Virus record (IMG/VR): IMGVR_UViG_3300025288_000019
Reading direction: 5' to 3' (one strand)
Origin: an uncultured virus (IMG/VR IMGVR_UViG_3300025288_000019)
Lineage: Duplodnaviria; Heunggongvirae; Uroviricota; Caudoviricetes; Schitoviridae
Length of the DNA stretch: 20,000 nt
The notes beneath the pieces were generated by a model. That model ran no database searches, was not told the origin of the DNA, and saw only the letters and a program-made list of their open reading frames with translations. Positions 8,849-18,033 of this stretch are shown piece after piece. The translations under genes were made by a program, and so were the position numbers. Positions within the stretch are counted from its first letter, which is position 1. Every line of letters begins with the position of its first letter.

Positions 8849-10015
8849 ATGGCTAATACGTTTTACCAGTTAAAAAATGGTGTTTTAATTGATATAACAA
8901 CTAGTTTCCAAGGACACCAAGGAGAACCTGGGCCTCCGGGTGGTGCTGTAGACATGACCGGGGCAGAAACAAATTTCTTATATATGTTTAATGGTAATGA
9001 GGCAGTATGGGCAGCAGAAGGTACAGATTTTAGATTTTTAATTGATTCATTTACTACTAATCAAGCATCCACTCAGCTAATGGGAGAGCCAGGGTCAGCT
9101 TGGTTAAACGCAGGAGAATTCACTGCAACTGCTAGTTATAATAGAAATGTTATTCCTAATGACGCAGTAATTGAAGCGTTACCTTCAATAGGATGGGCTG
9201 GTGGTGAACTGCTAGGGAATTCTCCTTATACAAATTGGGTGTCCACTCAAATAGCTAATTATCCTATTAGTTTAAGTAATGTTATATTTACTCTTAAATG
9301 TAATAATAATGCTGTTACACAAGCAATAACTATTAGCTTTTGTAATACAACTGTTTACGGTATAACAGCTACAAATGGTACATTTGAGAATGGCGCTAAT
9401 GAGAATAGATTTTACACTTTTACAGCTAATGCAGGAATTGACCAATACGTAGTATTTAAATTTCCTACTCGTTTAGGAAATGTAGGACAAGTTTTAATTG
9501 GAGGTGTAACAGCATCGTTTAACCCGGGTAACCGTGCTACTGTTACTCCTGCTATATCAACACCAACTAACTACACAAATTCAAACGGTTTTACCGAGCT
9601 GTTCACAACAATAACCTCAGCAAATCCAAACACAGGTAGCATTTCTAATCAAGTTCAAATATTATCCAGTACAACTCCAAAAAACTACACTTACTGCGGT
9701 ACGCTAAACCACACAACAAATATTACTCAGAATGATATTAAGGACAACTATGACACTCGTTTAATTTTAACTTCACAGAGTGCCACTTTAACTTGTAGAG
9801 ACAATAGTATTACTCAATATCCTTATATAGCGTATCCTACAAGATTTCCTGCTTTATCTAGTATTCAAATAGGTGGGTTTGAGTATATAGATGATTTTAC
9901 TGTTGCAGATTATGGCTTGCTATTAACTAATGATCTTGGTTTTCAAGAAGCATACAGAGTGTATATGTGTAACACACCCGGATTTGAAAACCCAACTACA
10001 ATGCAGGTGATGTAA
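8849..10015 (+). CDS. putative virion structural/tail protein with a collagen-like segment and a duplicated C-terminal beta domain
   Basis: GHQGEPGPPGG near the N-terminus. Two related segments: QYVVFKFPTRLG...IGG...TNSNGFTE and QYPYIAYPTRFP...IGG...TNDLGFQE. Confidence 0.6.
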   Translation: MANTFYQLKNGVLIDITTSFQGHQGEPGPPGGAVDMTGAETNFLYMFNGNEAVWAAEGTDFRFLIDSFTTNQASTQLMGEPGSAWLNAGEFTATASYNRNVIPNDAVIEALPSIGWAGGELLGNSPYTNWVSTQIANYPISLSNVIFTLKCNNNAVTQAITISFCNTTVYGITATNGTFENGANENRFYTFTANAGIDQYVVFKFPTRLGNVGQVLIGGVTASFNPGNRATVTPAISTPTNYTNSNGFTELFTTITSANPNTGSISNQVQILSSTTPKNYTYCGTLNHTTNITQNDIKDNYDTRLILTSQSATLTCRDNSITQYPYIAYPTRFPALSSIQIGGFEYIDDFTVADYGLLLTNDLGFQEAYRVYMCNTPGFENPTTMQVM

Positions 10016-10500
10016 TGCCTAAGTTATACACACCTTTAACCAAAGGAGCAGCGTTTAATTTTTTTATTAACTCTATTCAAGATATTGGATTAGGAGAAAC
10101 TGAAGAACATAATTCTATATCTGGTGATGGTTACTTATGCTGGGATACAATAGCAAATAAGATTAAATGGGTTAATCATGATAACTTACCAAGTAATGGC
10201 AATAACTTTAGAATTGTTGTAAGTTATAATCCTCCTGCTGATCCAACTGAAGGGTTATTGTGGTATGACACATTTAACCACAGCTTAAAAGTATACGTTA
10301 ATGCTAATTGGGAATATGATTTACCAGCAAATGTAAATAACGCTTTAAACCAGATAACAGTAAGTGCAGAAGGTTTACCTTTATGGAATAACGCTTCATG
10401 GCCTGGAAGTGGTGTATCTGGCAGTGGAAATATTGACGGTGGCAGTCCTGATTCAATCTACTTACCTTCACAACATCTTGATGGTGGAGAAATAACCTAA
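10015..10500 (+). CDS. putative tail fibre-associated protein
   Basis: TAATG stop/start overlaps at both ends. PPADPTEGLLWYDT...LKVY...W fibre motif. C-terminal IDGG/LDGG motifs of the kind often found just upstream of Mtd_N genes. Confidence 0.65.
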   Translation: MPKLYTPLTKGAAFNFFINSIQDIGLGETEEHNSISGDGYLCWDTIANKIKWVNHDNLPSNGNNFRIVVSYNPPADPTEGLLWYDTFNHSLKVYVNANWEYDLPANVNNALNQITVSAEGLPLWNNASWPGSGVSGSGNIDGGSPDSIYLPSQHLDGGEIT

Positions 10501-12950
10501 TGGCTGATATTATACAACATAAGCGAGGTAACGCTACTTCATGGGTAAACAACCGTACATTTGTATTAGCAGATGGTGAATTAGGTATAGAACGGCTAAC
10601 CAAAGGTGGCAGAATTAAAGTAGGTGATGGAGTTTCTGAGTGGAACGAATTAGACTATGTATCTGTAGGAGCAGATGGCCCAAAAGGAGATAAAGGTGAC
10701 TTTTTAAATGCTGTTGATTTAATAGGATCATCAACATATAACATTACTCTATCTTCAGATGCACATTTAGTTTCATTTTTAGCATCGCTACATAAAGAAT
10801 GGGTTCCTGGTATGTTTATAACTGTAGCATACCAAAGTAACCCTAAAAAATTTATGATTGGGCAATGCCAAAGTTATGACCCGAATACTGGTGACATTAC
10901 ACTATTCGTAGACCAGTCTACATTTGGTTTGACTGACCCAGAAACACCTGAAACATATAGTGACTGGGTATTATCATGGGCGGCTAGTGCAGCAACTACA
11001 GTAAAACATGCACAATCTCATTTACCTGGCTCTAGCTATGATCCTCTGCCCCTAGCAGACAGTTTATCCCCTGGCTTTATTACACCTGAAGCATTTACAA
11101 TTATTGATAATTTAAAAATTACCGGAGCATACATAGGTAACGTACAACCTCCTAATATGTTAGTTGGTGCTGTCTGGTTTAATAGTGGTGATGTCGTTAT
11201 AACTGCTCCTTCTATTAGTGCGATTTACAATCAATATGTAGGTGTAAACGAAATACATAACATAATGGTATCCATTGGTTACGGGTTAGGTGAAGAAATA
11301 CCTGAATTACTCGTTACATCGTCAGGTGATAATAATCCTATACCTTTATCTTGCTTTAGCGTAACTTCATTAGGTGGCGGTTACAGACAAATCACGTTTA
11401 ACCCATTACTTACCAGTAATCCAACTACTTATGTCACAGCAGGGTTATACTCTATAGCTATTAGAGCTATAGATAACAGTAATGGTGTATTTACTGATTC
11501 TCATTTTATTCTAGGTGTATCAGCTACTCTTTATACCGTTACAACTTCCGTTAGTGGAGGCAATGGTACCGTATACCCTGATAGCACAGCAGGTACAGTA
11601 TATGTTGCAGAGAATGGTTCAATAGAAATTGAGCCAAGGCCTACTATAATAGACGGGCAACAGCCTTACGCTGTGTCTACAATGTATGTTAATGGAGTGC
11701 TAACTCCATTACTCACGAGTAAATATGTGCTATCTAATGTGCAAAATAATCAATCTGTTGAATTTACGTATGCTTTAGGGCAGTATATTACTATTCTACA
11801 AAATGATACAAATGGTACTACTACACCTAATGGTGTTCTTACTGTTGCAACTAATGGTATAACAACAATACTAATTACAGGTAATACTGGCTGGGAATTT
11901 GGCTCAGTAATTGTTGATAGCATTTCTTATGGTGCAAATTCTGGTACTCATACTATCAATAATAACGACACAGTAGATGTTTATGCTGATAGCATTAGAA
12001 TAAACGCAATTACAACTTCACATACTGTTATTCCTAGCTTTACAGCTGTATTGTATAGTATTTCTTGGTCTGGCTTATACGCTAGTCTTGGTACTATTAA
12101 CAATTCTATTGCTAATTCTATTACTGGGTTACAGTATGGAATGTCTCAATCGTTTAATTTAACTCCTGCTACAGATTATGAAATAAATACGGTATTAGTT
12201 GATAATGCAGAGGTGTGGACAAATACTGGCAGTATTATTGAATCGTATACTATTTATCCTATTCTTAAAAATTATGTAGTAAGTGCTACTTTTAGAATAC
12301 AAGTACCGCCACAAGTAACTGGAGTAGCCTGTGTGGTAACAAATGCTACTACTAACACAATCACATGGAGCACAGCAAGTAGAGCTACGTCATATACAGT
12401 GTACTGGAGTACAACAGAACCTACTGATGCTGAGGAGTTAATTAGTACCGGCACTGCTATGAGTCCCACGAGTAGCCTTACAATACCGCATAGCGTAGCT
12501 GACACTTCTGTTCCTTATTACTACACAGTGCTTGCTTCAAATAGCACGGGTAGAGCGACTTTAGGAAGTGTCGTAGTGGATAATCAGAATGCTTTACCTT
12601 CTAGCTCGTTAGAAGCCATTTTACCTACACGACCAATAATGCGAACCGGGTATAGTTTACCTATACCTGCAGCAGTTAACGTCTTAGTAACTATTGAATT
12701 AGTGGCGTCTATGAACGTAGAAGCAGACGCTGCTTCTATGGCTGAAAGTTTTAAGCTGTATAGCAATGCAGCTAGAACTATAGTAGTGCCTGGGGCAGTG
12801 TCACAAGATTCTCCTTTAATTTGGCGGTTAATCCCAACAGCTAACTTAACTGCGAGCACGAAATACTACCCCCGAGTGTCTATAGCAGCAAAATCATTAG
12901 AGGGAATACCAGTTAGAAACGAGATTGTTTGGGAATTTACCACGGCGTAA
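10500..12950 (+). CDS. tail fibre/adhesin: Mtd_N-like anchor + collagen + Ig-like repeats + FN3 + Big_5-like domain
   Basis: N-terminal IQHKRG..SW....VLADGELGIE....IKVGDGVSEWNELDY (Mtd_N/hyaluronidase N-terminal-like), GADGPKGDKGD, HAQSHLPGSSYDPL. Three InlB-B-like repeats (~11530-12295), FN3-like PPQVTGV...ITWS...SYTVYWS...YYYTVLASN (~12305-12570), and C-terminal PTANLTASTKY...VWEFTT (SbsA/Big_5-like). Confidence 0.75.
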   Translation: MADIIQHKRGNATSWVNNRTFVLADGELGIERLTKGGRIKVGDGVSEWNELDYVSVGADGPKGDKGDFLNAVDLIGSSTYNITLSSDAHLVSFLASLHKEWVPGMFITVAYQSNPKKFMIGQCQSYDPNTGDITLFVDQSTFGLTDPETPETYSDWVLSWAASAATTVKHAQSHLPGSSYDPLPLADSLSPGFITPEAFTIIDNLKITGAYIGNVQPPNMLVGAVWFNSGDVVITAPSISAIYNQYVGVNEIHNIMVSIGYGLGEEIPELLVTSSGDNNPIPLSCFSVTSLGGGYRQITFNPLLTSNPTTYVTAGLYSIAIRAIDNSNGVFTDSHFILGVSATLYTVTTSVSGGNGTVYPDSTAGTVYVAENGSIEIEPRPTIIDGQQPYAVSTMYVNGVLTPLLTSKYVLSNVQNNQSVEFTYALGQYITILQNDTNGTTTPNGVLTVATNGITTILITGNTGWEFGSVIVDSISYGANSGTHTINNNDTVDVYADSIRINAITTSHTVIPSFTAVLYSISWSGLYASLGTINNSIANSITGLQYGMSQSFNLTPATDYEINTVLVDNAEVWTNTGSIIESYTIYPILKNYVVSATFRIQVPPQVTGVACVVTNATTNTITWSTASRATSYTVYWSTTEPTDAEELISTGTAMSPTSSLTIPHSVADTSVPYYYTVLASNSTGRATLGSVVVDNQNALPSSSLEAILPTRPIMRTGYSLPIPAAVNVLVTIELVASMNVEADAASMAESFKLYSNAARTIVVPGAVSQDSPLIWRLIPTANLTASTKYYPRVSIAAKSLEGIPVRNEIVWEFTTA

Positions 12951-12962
12951 GAGGAGAAAATA

Positions 12963-13523
12963 ATGCTTGTATTACGGTTTTCAGGTGTGCTAACGGGTAT
13001 TGATACTCCAGATACCTTGGTATCTATGCAAATATGTTGGATGCTATCTGGTGTGGACTCAACGGAAAGCGATGCTATAGCAAATGGCCGGTCACTAACA
13101 TGGTATGCCACTACTAATTCTACTGAAATTACTGATTTTCTGTCTACTGGAGTCTACACACTAATGTCGCCTTTAATTGGAACTATTACTCCAGCGATAC
13201 GAGTCACTGAGCGTAGAAATGGAGGCGCAGAAATAACAGGAAATTGGACTCACGCATCTTCCGTAGTTGTACCAGATGAATCCTTACCTACTGCTATTAC
13301 AGTTACTCTAAGCAATAAAACAGTGTCATTTACTGGGGGTTCTGGTGTTACGTTATTTTATACGTCAGACGGCACAACACCGACAACAAACTCCCCACAC
13401 ATGCAGTTGCACACTACCTCTTTTGTGCATAATGATATGACAAGTAACTATAAATATGTTTTAGCATCCGTCACTTCCGCTGGGGCGTTTACAGCACCTA
13501 CTTCAGTTTATACTCCGGCGTAG
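12963..13523 (+). CDS. putative virion protein with a C-terminal Fn3-associated/chitobiase-C-like domain
   Basis: GAGGAG RBS. TLFYTSDGTTPTTNSP matches the (I/L)xYTxDGxxP signature of CHB_HEX_C/Fn3_assoc domains. Confidence 0.6.
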   Translation: MLVLRFSGVLTGIDTPDTLVSMQICWMLSGVDSTESDAIANGRSLTWYATTNSTEITDFLSTGVYTLMSPLIGTITPAIRVTERRNGGAEITGNWTHASSVVVPDESLPTAITVTLSNKTVSFTGGSGVTLFYTSDGTTPTTNSPHMQLHTTSFVHNDMTSNYKYVLASVTSAGAFTAPTSVYTPA

Positions 13524-13527
13524 ATTT

Positions 13528-16167
13528 ATGGCTAGCAAAAATTTCTTAGATTATATCCCTGATTTAGCATTACGTAACAGTGTGCAAGCTAAGACTTGCA
13601 CAGTCAACTTGGCTGAATATTTTTTAATTTGTACTGCTGACATTCAGAATGGCGATGTTTTAACTATTCCCCCTGGGGATTACTACACAACACGTGGCAT
13701 TGAGTTAGAAAGTCTTAGTGATATTGAAGTAACTGCGTATGGGGCAACTATTATCTGTCACCCAGATGTGCCCAGTGCGACTAAATTTAATTACATGGAC
13801 ACAGTAGAGCACGCAGTTACTAATACTTTTGGTTTAAGAATAGTCTCATGCTCTAATGTTTCTATTCAAGGATTAGCTTTAAATGGAAATGCCTATTTGA
13901 TTCCACATGATGCTTGGCCTATGACCGGGTATATCCTTAATAGTCAGGACACTGTGCTGTACGATTGCTCTAGGCATAACTGTAAGGGTATGTTGAAAAT
14001 TTCAGGAGCCTGTGTACGTTGTGGCACTGTTAACTGGAATGAATATAATAATCATTGGGGGCACTCAGGAGCAAAACATATAGGTTTTAGAGAATTTACT
14101 GGTACAGGGGCAAATGATTTACTCGCTGAGTCTGACCTTATATCTTTAGAGAACAACCCTAATTATCTAAATAGGCACATACTAATTGAAATAACATACT
14201 CAGGTACAAGTGTTGATGACCCAGCAAGGTATCGCTGGTCTGATAATTCTACCGCAACACCTATTATATGGTACGGCACAGACCCAAATATAGGTGATAG
14301 TTTTCCTTGTACAAGTATACGTACTTCGATTCCTGGGTCACAACCAATACAGGATATTACAATACCCGGGCCTTTTGTGTCATGGGAGACTGTGTATAAC
14401 AAACCCATAGGGGACAAGTGGTGGTTTACTTTTATTTACTCATGCCAATCTCGTTTTGCTTTTAACGCAAAAGACTTGTTTACTGGCGAACAGCATGTAG
14501 GGCTAAATAATTTTCATCGTAATTTCAAGTGGAGTGGAGGTAACCAAAACATCCCTAATTGTCGAGGACAAGAAGGCTTTATCTATGATGGGATTATTTC
14601 GTACCCTGCAAGCCCCAGTGAAGGACTAGATCTAAAATATTTAATGCCCGCTAATGGCACTGAGACACTTAATGCTTATGGGAATAAAAGCGTTACTGTG
14701 AGGAATAGTACAACTGCGGGGATAGACTTTCTTGACATCGAAGAGCTAGAGATTACAAATCTTAGAGTTTTACCCAATCCTTGGTGTGGAATAAGTTTAT
14801 GGGCCACACACGCTGGACTATGCTACAAAAATGTTGTTATATCCAATGTGTTAATAACAAACATAAACGACGCTTATGATGGTAATAGATGGGACTATAC
14901 TATAGGTGTACCTTTTGCGTTTTCCCAGGCACCCAGTAATCAATTCATGGTCTACCACTGTGGTATAGCCCTAAGTGGTCACGGTACGTTTGATAATGTT
15001 AATATAAATAATATACATATTGACCAATCTGGGGTAGATGAAAGTAGTCTACCTTATAGAACAATAGGCCTTGCACCAGTCCCATTTAGTTCTACTTTTC
15101 ATATCAATAACTTATCAATAGATACAATATCCTGTTCCAATAATGTGCAAACCTTAGTGTATTCTGACTGGCTTCCTTACTGGGATCATTCAAATAAGAC
15201 ACTAAGCGTTACCTCAGCAGAATCATCCACATTTCAATCTTCATTCACTTTACGAGGTACTTGCAACAACACCACAGACTATCTATTAGTAAGCCATAAT
15301 GAACAAAAAACTTTTATAATAACACCTTACCAAAACCAATGGGAAATATATTTTCCTCGGTTAAACTTGGGTACAAATAATATTTTTATAAAAGCTGTCA
15401 ATATATTAACAGGTCAGTATGTAACTAGTGTGTATTTTATAGTATATACTCAAGCAATAGCAGATCAAGATGACATTATCTCTGCTATTCCATTTATAAT
15501 GACAGAAACAGGGTTAAAATTAGCATACCCAGTAACTAGAATAGGCAATAAATTACTTCCAATTAGAGTAAAAGTAGCAGTTATGTCTTCAGCAGCTACT
15601 CCATCTTCTATAACTAATACTTTCAGTATTGGTTTACCTAAATCAGTTATTACACGCAATACTGCATTACCACTTGGGTTAGAATTAACAGCTGTACTCG
15701 GTGAAGCTCAAGGAACTGAAGTTGTTTTAGCTATACCTAGTAGTAATGAGCTACTGGTAGAACTAAATACTAATGGTATTTACCTACCACAAGAAGGTAT
15801 AGATATGTTTACAGCAGTACCATCAAGTATTGATACTGAATTAGCATTGGGTATTGCTAGTGCTTACCAGCATACTCCAGCAGATTATACTCTTACAAAT
15901 GAATTACGTATTCTTGTTACTGATAATTTAACATGGGGTGAAATTATTTATACAGCCCCATTTGCTGTTACTAGAGTTCACTTAGAAGAAATTTACCATG
16001 ATATGTGGATAAAACTATATGATATTCAAGATATTCAATTAGTCTCTAAAGCATGGTATTCTGGTGGTTGGGTAGATTTACCATCTACTTCAGCATACTT
16101 ACGAATGCAAATACGAGCGTATAGTGGAGCACCAGTAGTAGCAAAAATAGACCAAATAACCTATTAA
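13528..16167 (+). CDS. tailspike-like protein with a right-handed beta-helix (possible depolymerase) plus Ig-like and C-terminal domains
   Basis: GDVLTIPPGDYY...IEVTAYGATI and SNVSIQGLALNGN match pectate-lyase-like beta-helix starts. Asn/Ile ladders NVVISNVLITNI, NVNINNIHID, INNLSIDTI. Ig-like LNLGTNNIFIKAVN. Confidence 0.65.
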   Translation: MASKNFLDYIPDLALRNSVQAKTCTVNLAEYFLICTADIQNGDVLTIPPGDYYTTRGIELESLSDIEVTAYGATIICHPDVPSATKFNYMDTVEHAVTNTFGLRIVSCSNVSIQGLALNGNAYLIPHDAWPMTGYILNSQDTVLYDCSRHNCKGMLKISGACVRCGTVNWNEYNNHWGHSGAKHIGFREFTGTGANDLLAESDLISLENNPNYLNRHILIEITYSGTSVDDPARYRWSDNSTATPIIWYGTDPNIGDSFPCTSIRTSIPGSQPIQDITIPGPFVSWETVYNKPIGDKWWFTFIYSCQSRFAFNAKDLFTGEQHVGLNNFHRNFKWSGGNQNIPNCRGQEGFIYDGIISYPASPSEGLDLKYLMPANGTETLNAYGNKSVTVRNSTTAGIDFLDIEELEITNLRVLPNPWCGISLWATHAGLCYKNVVISNVLITNINDAYDGNRWDYTIGVPFAFSQAPSNQFMVYHCGIALSGHGTFDNVNINNIHIDQSGVDESSLPYRTIGLAPVPFSSTFHINNLSIDTISCSNNVQTLVYSDWLPYWDHSNKTLSVTSAESSTFQSSFTLRGTCNNTTDYLLVSHNEQKTFIITPYQNQWEIYFPRLNLGTNNIFIKAVNILTGQYVTSVYFIVYTQAIADQDDIISAIPFIMTETGLKLAYPVTRIGNKLLPIRVKVAVMSSAATPSSITNTFSIGLPKSVITRNTALPLGLELTAVLGEAQGTEVVLAIPSSNELLVELNTNGIYLPQEGIDMFTAVPSSIDTELALGIASAYQHTPADYTLTNELRILVTDNLTWGEIIYTAPFAVTRVHLEEIYHDMWIKLYDIQDIQLVSKAWYSGGWVDLPSTSAYLRMQIRAYSGAPVVAKIDQITY

Positions 16168-16177
16168 GGAGAATAAC

Positions 16178-16624
16178 ATGACAGCAACAGCATGTGTACC
16201 AACTCAAACTAAACTTGACATTTTAGCTGGAGGTGTTCATAACATAGCCACTGATACGTTTAATGTAGCATTATTTACAGATGCTACAACTATTGGCCCA
16301 TTAACTCCTTCATATAGCGCAAGTTTAGGAGGTGAGTGTCCTCAAATAGGCGGCTATCAAACAGGAGGCAAATTATTAGGTACTCCTACTGTAACTAGTA
16401 GTGGTAATATTGCTTATATGGATTTCCCTGATGTAACTTGGACTAACGTTACATTTAGTGGAGAAACTGCTGTATCAGCAGCAGTTGTATATAACATTAG
16501 CCCTGGTAAAAATAATAAGATATTATGTATTTGTACCTTTGCAGCAACAACAGTAATTGGTGGTTCATTTATCTTACAGTGGCCTGTTGACGCAAGCAGC
16601 ACAGCAATACTAAGATTAGTATAA
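16178..16624 (+). CDS. conserved phage structural (fibre-associated) protein
   Basis: AAGGAG RBS. DTFNVAL...GYQTGGKLL...AYMDFPDVTW...AAVVYN...FILQWP...AILRL matches a widespread ~150-aa phage virion protein family as recalled. Function uncertain. Confidence 0.6.
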   Translation: MTATACVPTQTKLDILAGGVHNIATDTFNVALFTDATTIGPLTPSYSASLGGECPQIGGYQTGGKLLGTPTVTSSGNIAYMDFPDVTWTNVTFSGETAVSAAVVYNISPGKNNKILCICTFAATTVIGGSFILQWPVDASSTAILRLV

Positions 16625-16644
16625 ACTTAAAGGAATAAATACTT

Positions 16645-17049
16645 ATGACCTCTTTAGAAGAACGCAGACAATGCCCTTGCATACACTTAGTAGAAGTTAG
16701 AGGTGAATTTCATTCAGAAGTTGAATTACTTAAATTAAACATGTCTCATTGTAAAGCCTCTTCTACAAGTAAAATGGAAAGAGTAATTAAAGATTTTCAA
16801 GAGTCTAATTTAGCCATAAAAGAATGCTTATTAAATATGCAAAAATCATCTTTAATGTTTATTGAAGGTAACCAAAAATTTATTGAAATAACCAGATTAC
16901 AGACTGAAACAAATATTTCATTAAACACTCATAAAAGATGGCTAATATATTTGTCTTTTGTTACTATCTGTTTAGTTGGTGTTTCATTCTTTAATGGGCA
17001 TGCAACAACTATACTTTCAACTATTAGCGCATTGTTACAAATAAAATAG
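16645..17049 (+). CDS. membrane protein (coiled coil + C-terminal TM), holin/antiholin-like
   Basis: AAGGA RBS. Helical N-terminal region, then hydrophobic WLIYLSFVTICLVGVSFF. Lies at the start of the lysis module. Confidence 0.5.
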   Translation: MTSLEERRQCPCIHLVEVRGEFHSEVELLKLNMSHCKASSTSKMERVIKDFQESNLAIKECLLNMQKSSLMFIEGNQKFIEITRLQTETNISLNTHKRWLIYLSFVTICLVGVSFFNGHATTILSTISALLQIK

Positions 17050-17066
17050 CACAGCGTATTATTTTA

Positions 17067-17279
17067 ATGAACACCAGTAAATATATTGTAGCTGTCAACT
17101 CCTTAAAATGTAAAAAGTGCTTTGTCTGTGAAATTTATCTTCCTGGTTTACTATCTTTTCCTTATGGAATGGAGTTTAGACCTTTAGCTTATAATTTTAT
17201 CGAACATGCAATAGATAGAGCTATTGATGTTTGTCCTAATGACGCAATCGAGTTGAGGTTTACACAATGTCAGAGTTAG
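17067..17279 (+). CDS. single-cluster [4Fe-4S]/[3Fe-4S] ferredoxin-like protein
   Basis: 70 aa with V-x-V-x4-C15xxC18xxC21-x4-P and distal AIDVC56PNDAI, the monocluster bacterial ferredoxin pattern. Fills the gap between genes and overlaps the next gene by 13 nt. RBS is weak. Confidence 0.7.
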   Translation: MNTSKYIVAVNSLKCKKCFVCEIYLPGLLSFPYGMEFRPLAYNFIEHAIDRAIDVCPNDAIELRFTQCQS

Positions 17280-17602
17280 GTGAGTTGCAAGAGAAGTTTG
17301 CAAGTATGGTTCCTGGGTTAATTAACAGAGCTATTGCTGCTGGTTATGGAGTAAGAATTGGTGATTGTTTCCGTGATCCTAGAGTACATGGCAAAATAGG
17401 AGTTAAAATGGGTTATGGACATGCTAAATCCATGCACAAATTAAAACTTGCGATTGACTTAAATTTGGTAATAGGTGGGGAATTAGTAACAGATGCCAGA
17501 GGACATGATACTCTGCATGAATGGTGGCGGAGTATAGGAGGTGCTGCTATGATTCCTGGAGATAGCAATCATTATAGTCTTGAATACCGAGGAATGCGAT
17601 GA
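17267..17602 (+). CDS. endolysin, peptidase M15 family (Zn-dependent, L-Ala-D-Glu peptidase-like)
   Basis: GAGGT RBS. FRDPR, SMHKLKLAIDL (SxHx4AxD) and DSNHYS provide the M15 zinc ligands. Flanked by membrane-protein genes. Confidence 0.85.
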   Translation: MSELGELQEKFASMVPGLINRAIAAGYGVRIGDCFRDPRVHGKIGVKMGYGHAKSMHKLKLAIDLNLVIGGELVTDARGHDTLHEWWRSIGGAAMIPGDSNHYSLEYRGMR

Positions 17603-17748
17603 AACAGTGTAAAGATTGTAAATTCTTTAAACAAGATAATATGGGAGTATTTGTATCTTGTCCTGTTAAAAGGCGTAAAGAGGCAATAGATTACCCTACG
17701 CTAACAACAGCACATTCTCCTGCATGTTTAACTTTTAAAAATAAATAG
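17599..17748 (+). CDS. 49-aa four-cysteine (zinc-finger-like) protein, absent from the ORF track
   Basis: ATGA overlap with the endolysin stop. Translates to MKQCKDCKFFKQDNMGVFVSCPVKRRKEAIDYPTLTTAHSPACLTFKNK (CxxC...C...C) and fills the gap to the next gene. Confidence 0.7.
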   Translation: MKQCKDCKFFKQDNMGVFVSCPVKRRKEAIDYPTLTTAHSPACLTFKNK

Positions 17749-17766
17749 CACATTTTGGAGAATATA

Positions 17767-18012
17767 ATGTCTTTAAAAAATAATACAGTTGGTGGGTTTT
17801 TATCTATAGTATCCTTACTAAGTTTTGTCTTAGTAATATTTCTTTTGTTAGTTAGAGATATTCCAACAGCTAATGTAGACATTATTAAAATATGCCTTAT
17901 TGCCTTAATCAACCTAGTTACAGGGGCATTTGGTTTTTATCTTGGTTCATCCTTTGGTTCACAGCAGAAAACAAATCAAATTCAAGAGGCTTTGGATACA
18001 AAGCAAGATTAA
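17767..18012 (+). CDS. holin-like two-TM membrane protein
   Basis: GGAG at 17757-17760 favours ATG 17767 over the track's TTG 17755. Two hydrophobic helices followed by GFYLGSSFGSQQK, a motif typical of small phage holin-like proteins next to endolysins. Confidence 0.7.
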   Translation: MSLKNNTVGGFLSIVSLLSFVLVIFLLLVRDIPTANVDIIKICLIALINLVTGAFGFYLGSSFGSQQKTNQIQEALDTKQD

Positions 18013-18033
18013 CATGGTTAGCTGGGGAAATAA

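Noticed and set aside
10500..12950. Diversity-generating retroelement suggested by the Mtd_N-like domain
   Set aside because: No reverse transcriptase, no adenine-mismatched TR/VR repeat pair seen by eye, and no C-type lectin-like C-terminus. Mtd_N is a generic fibre anchor. A whole-genome repeat search would settle it.
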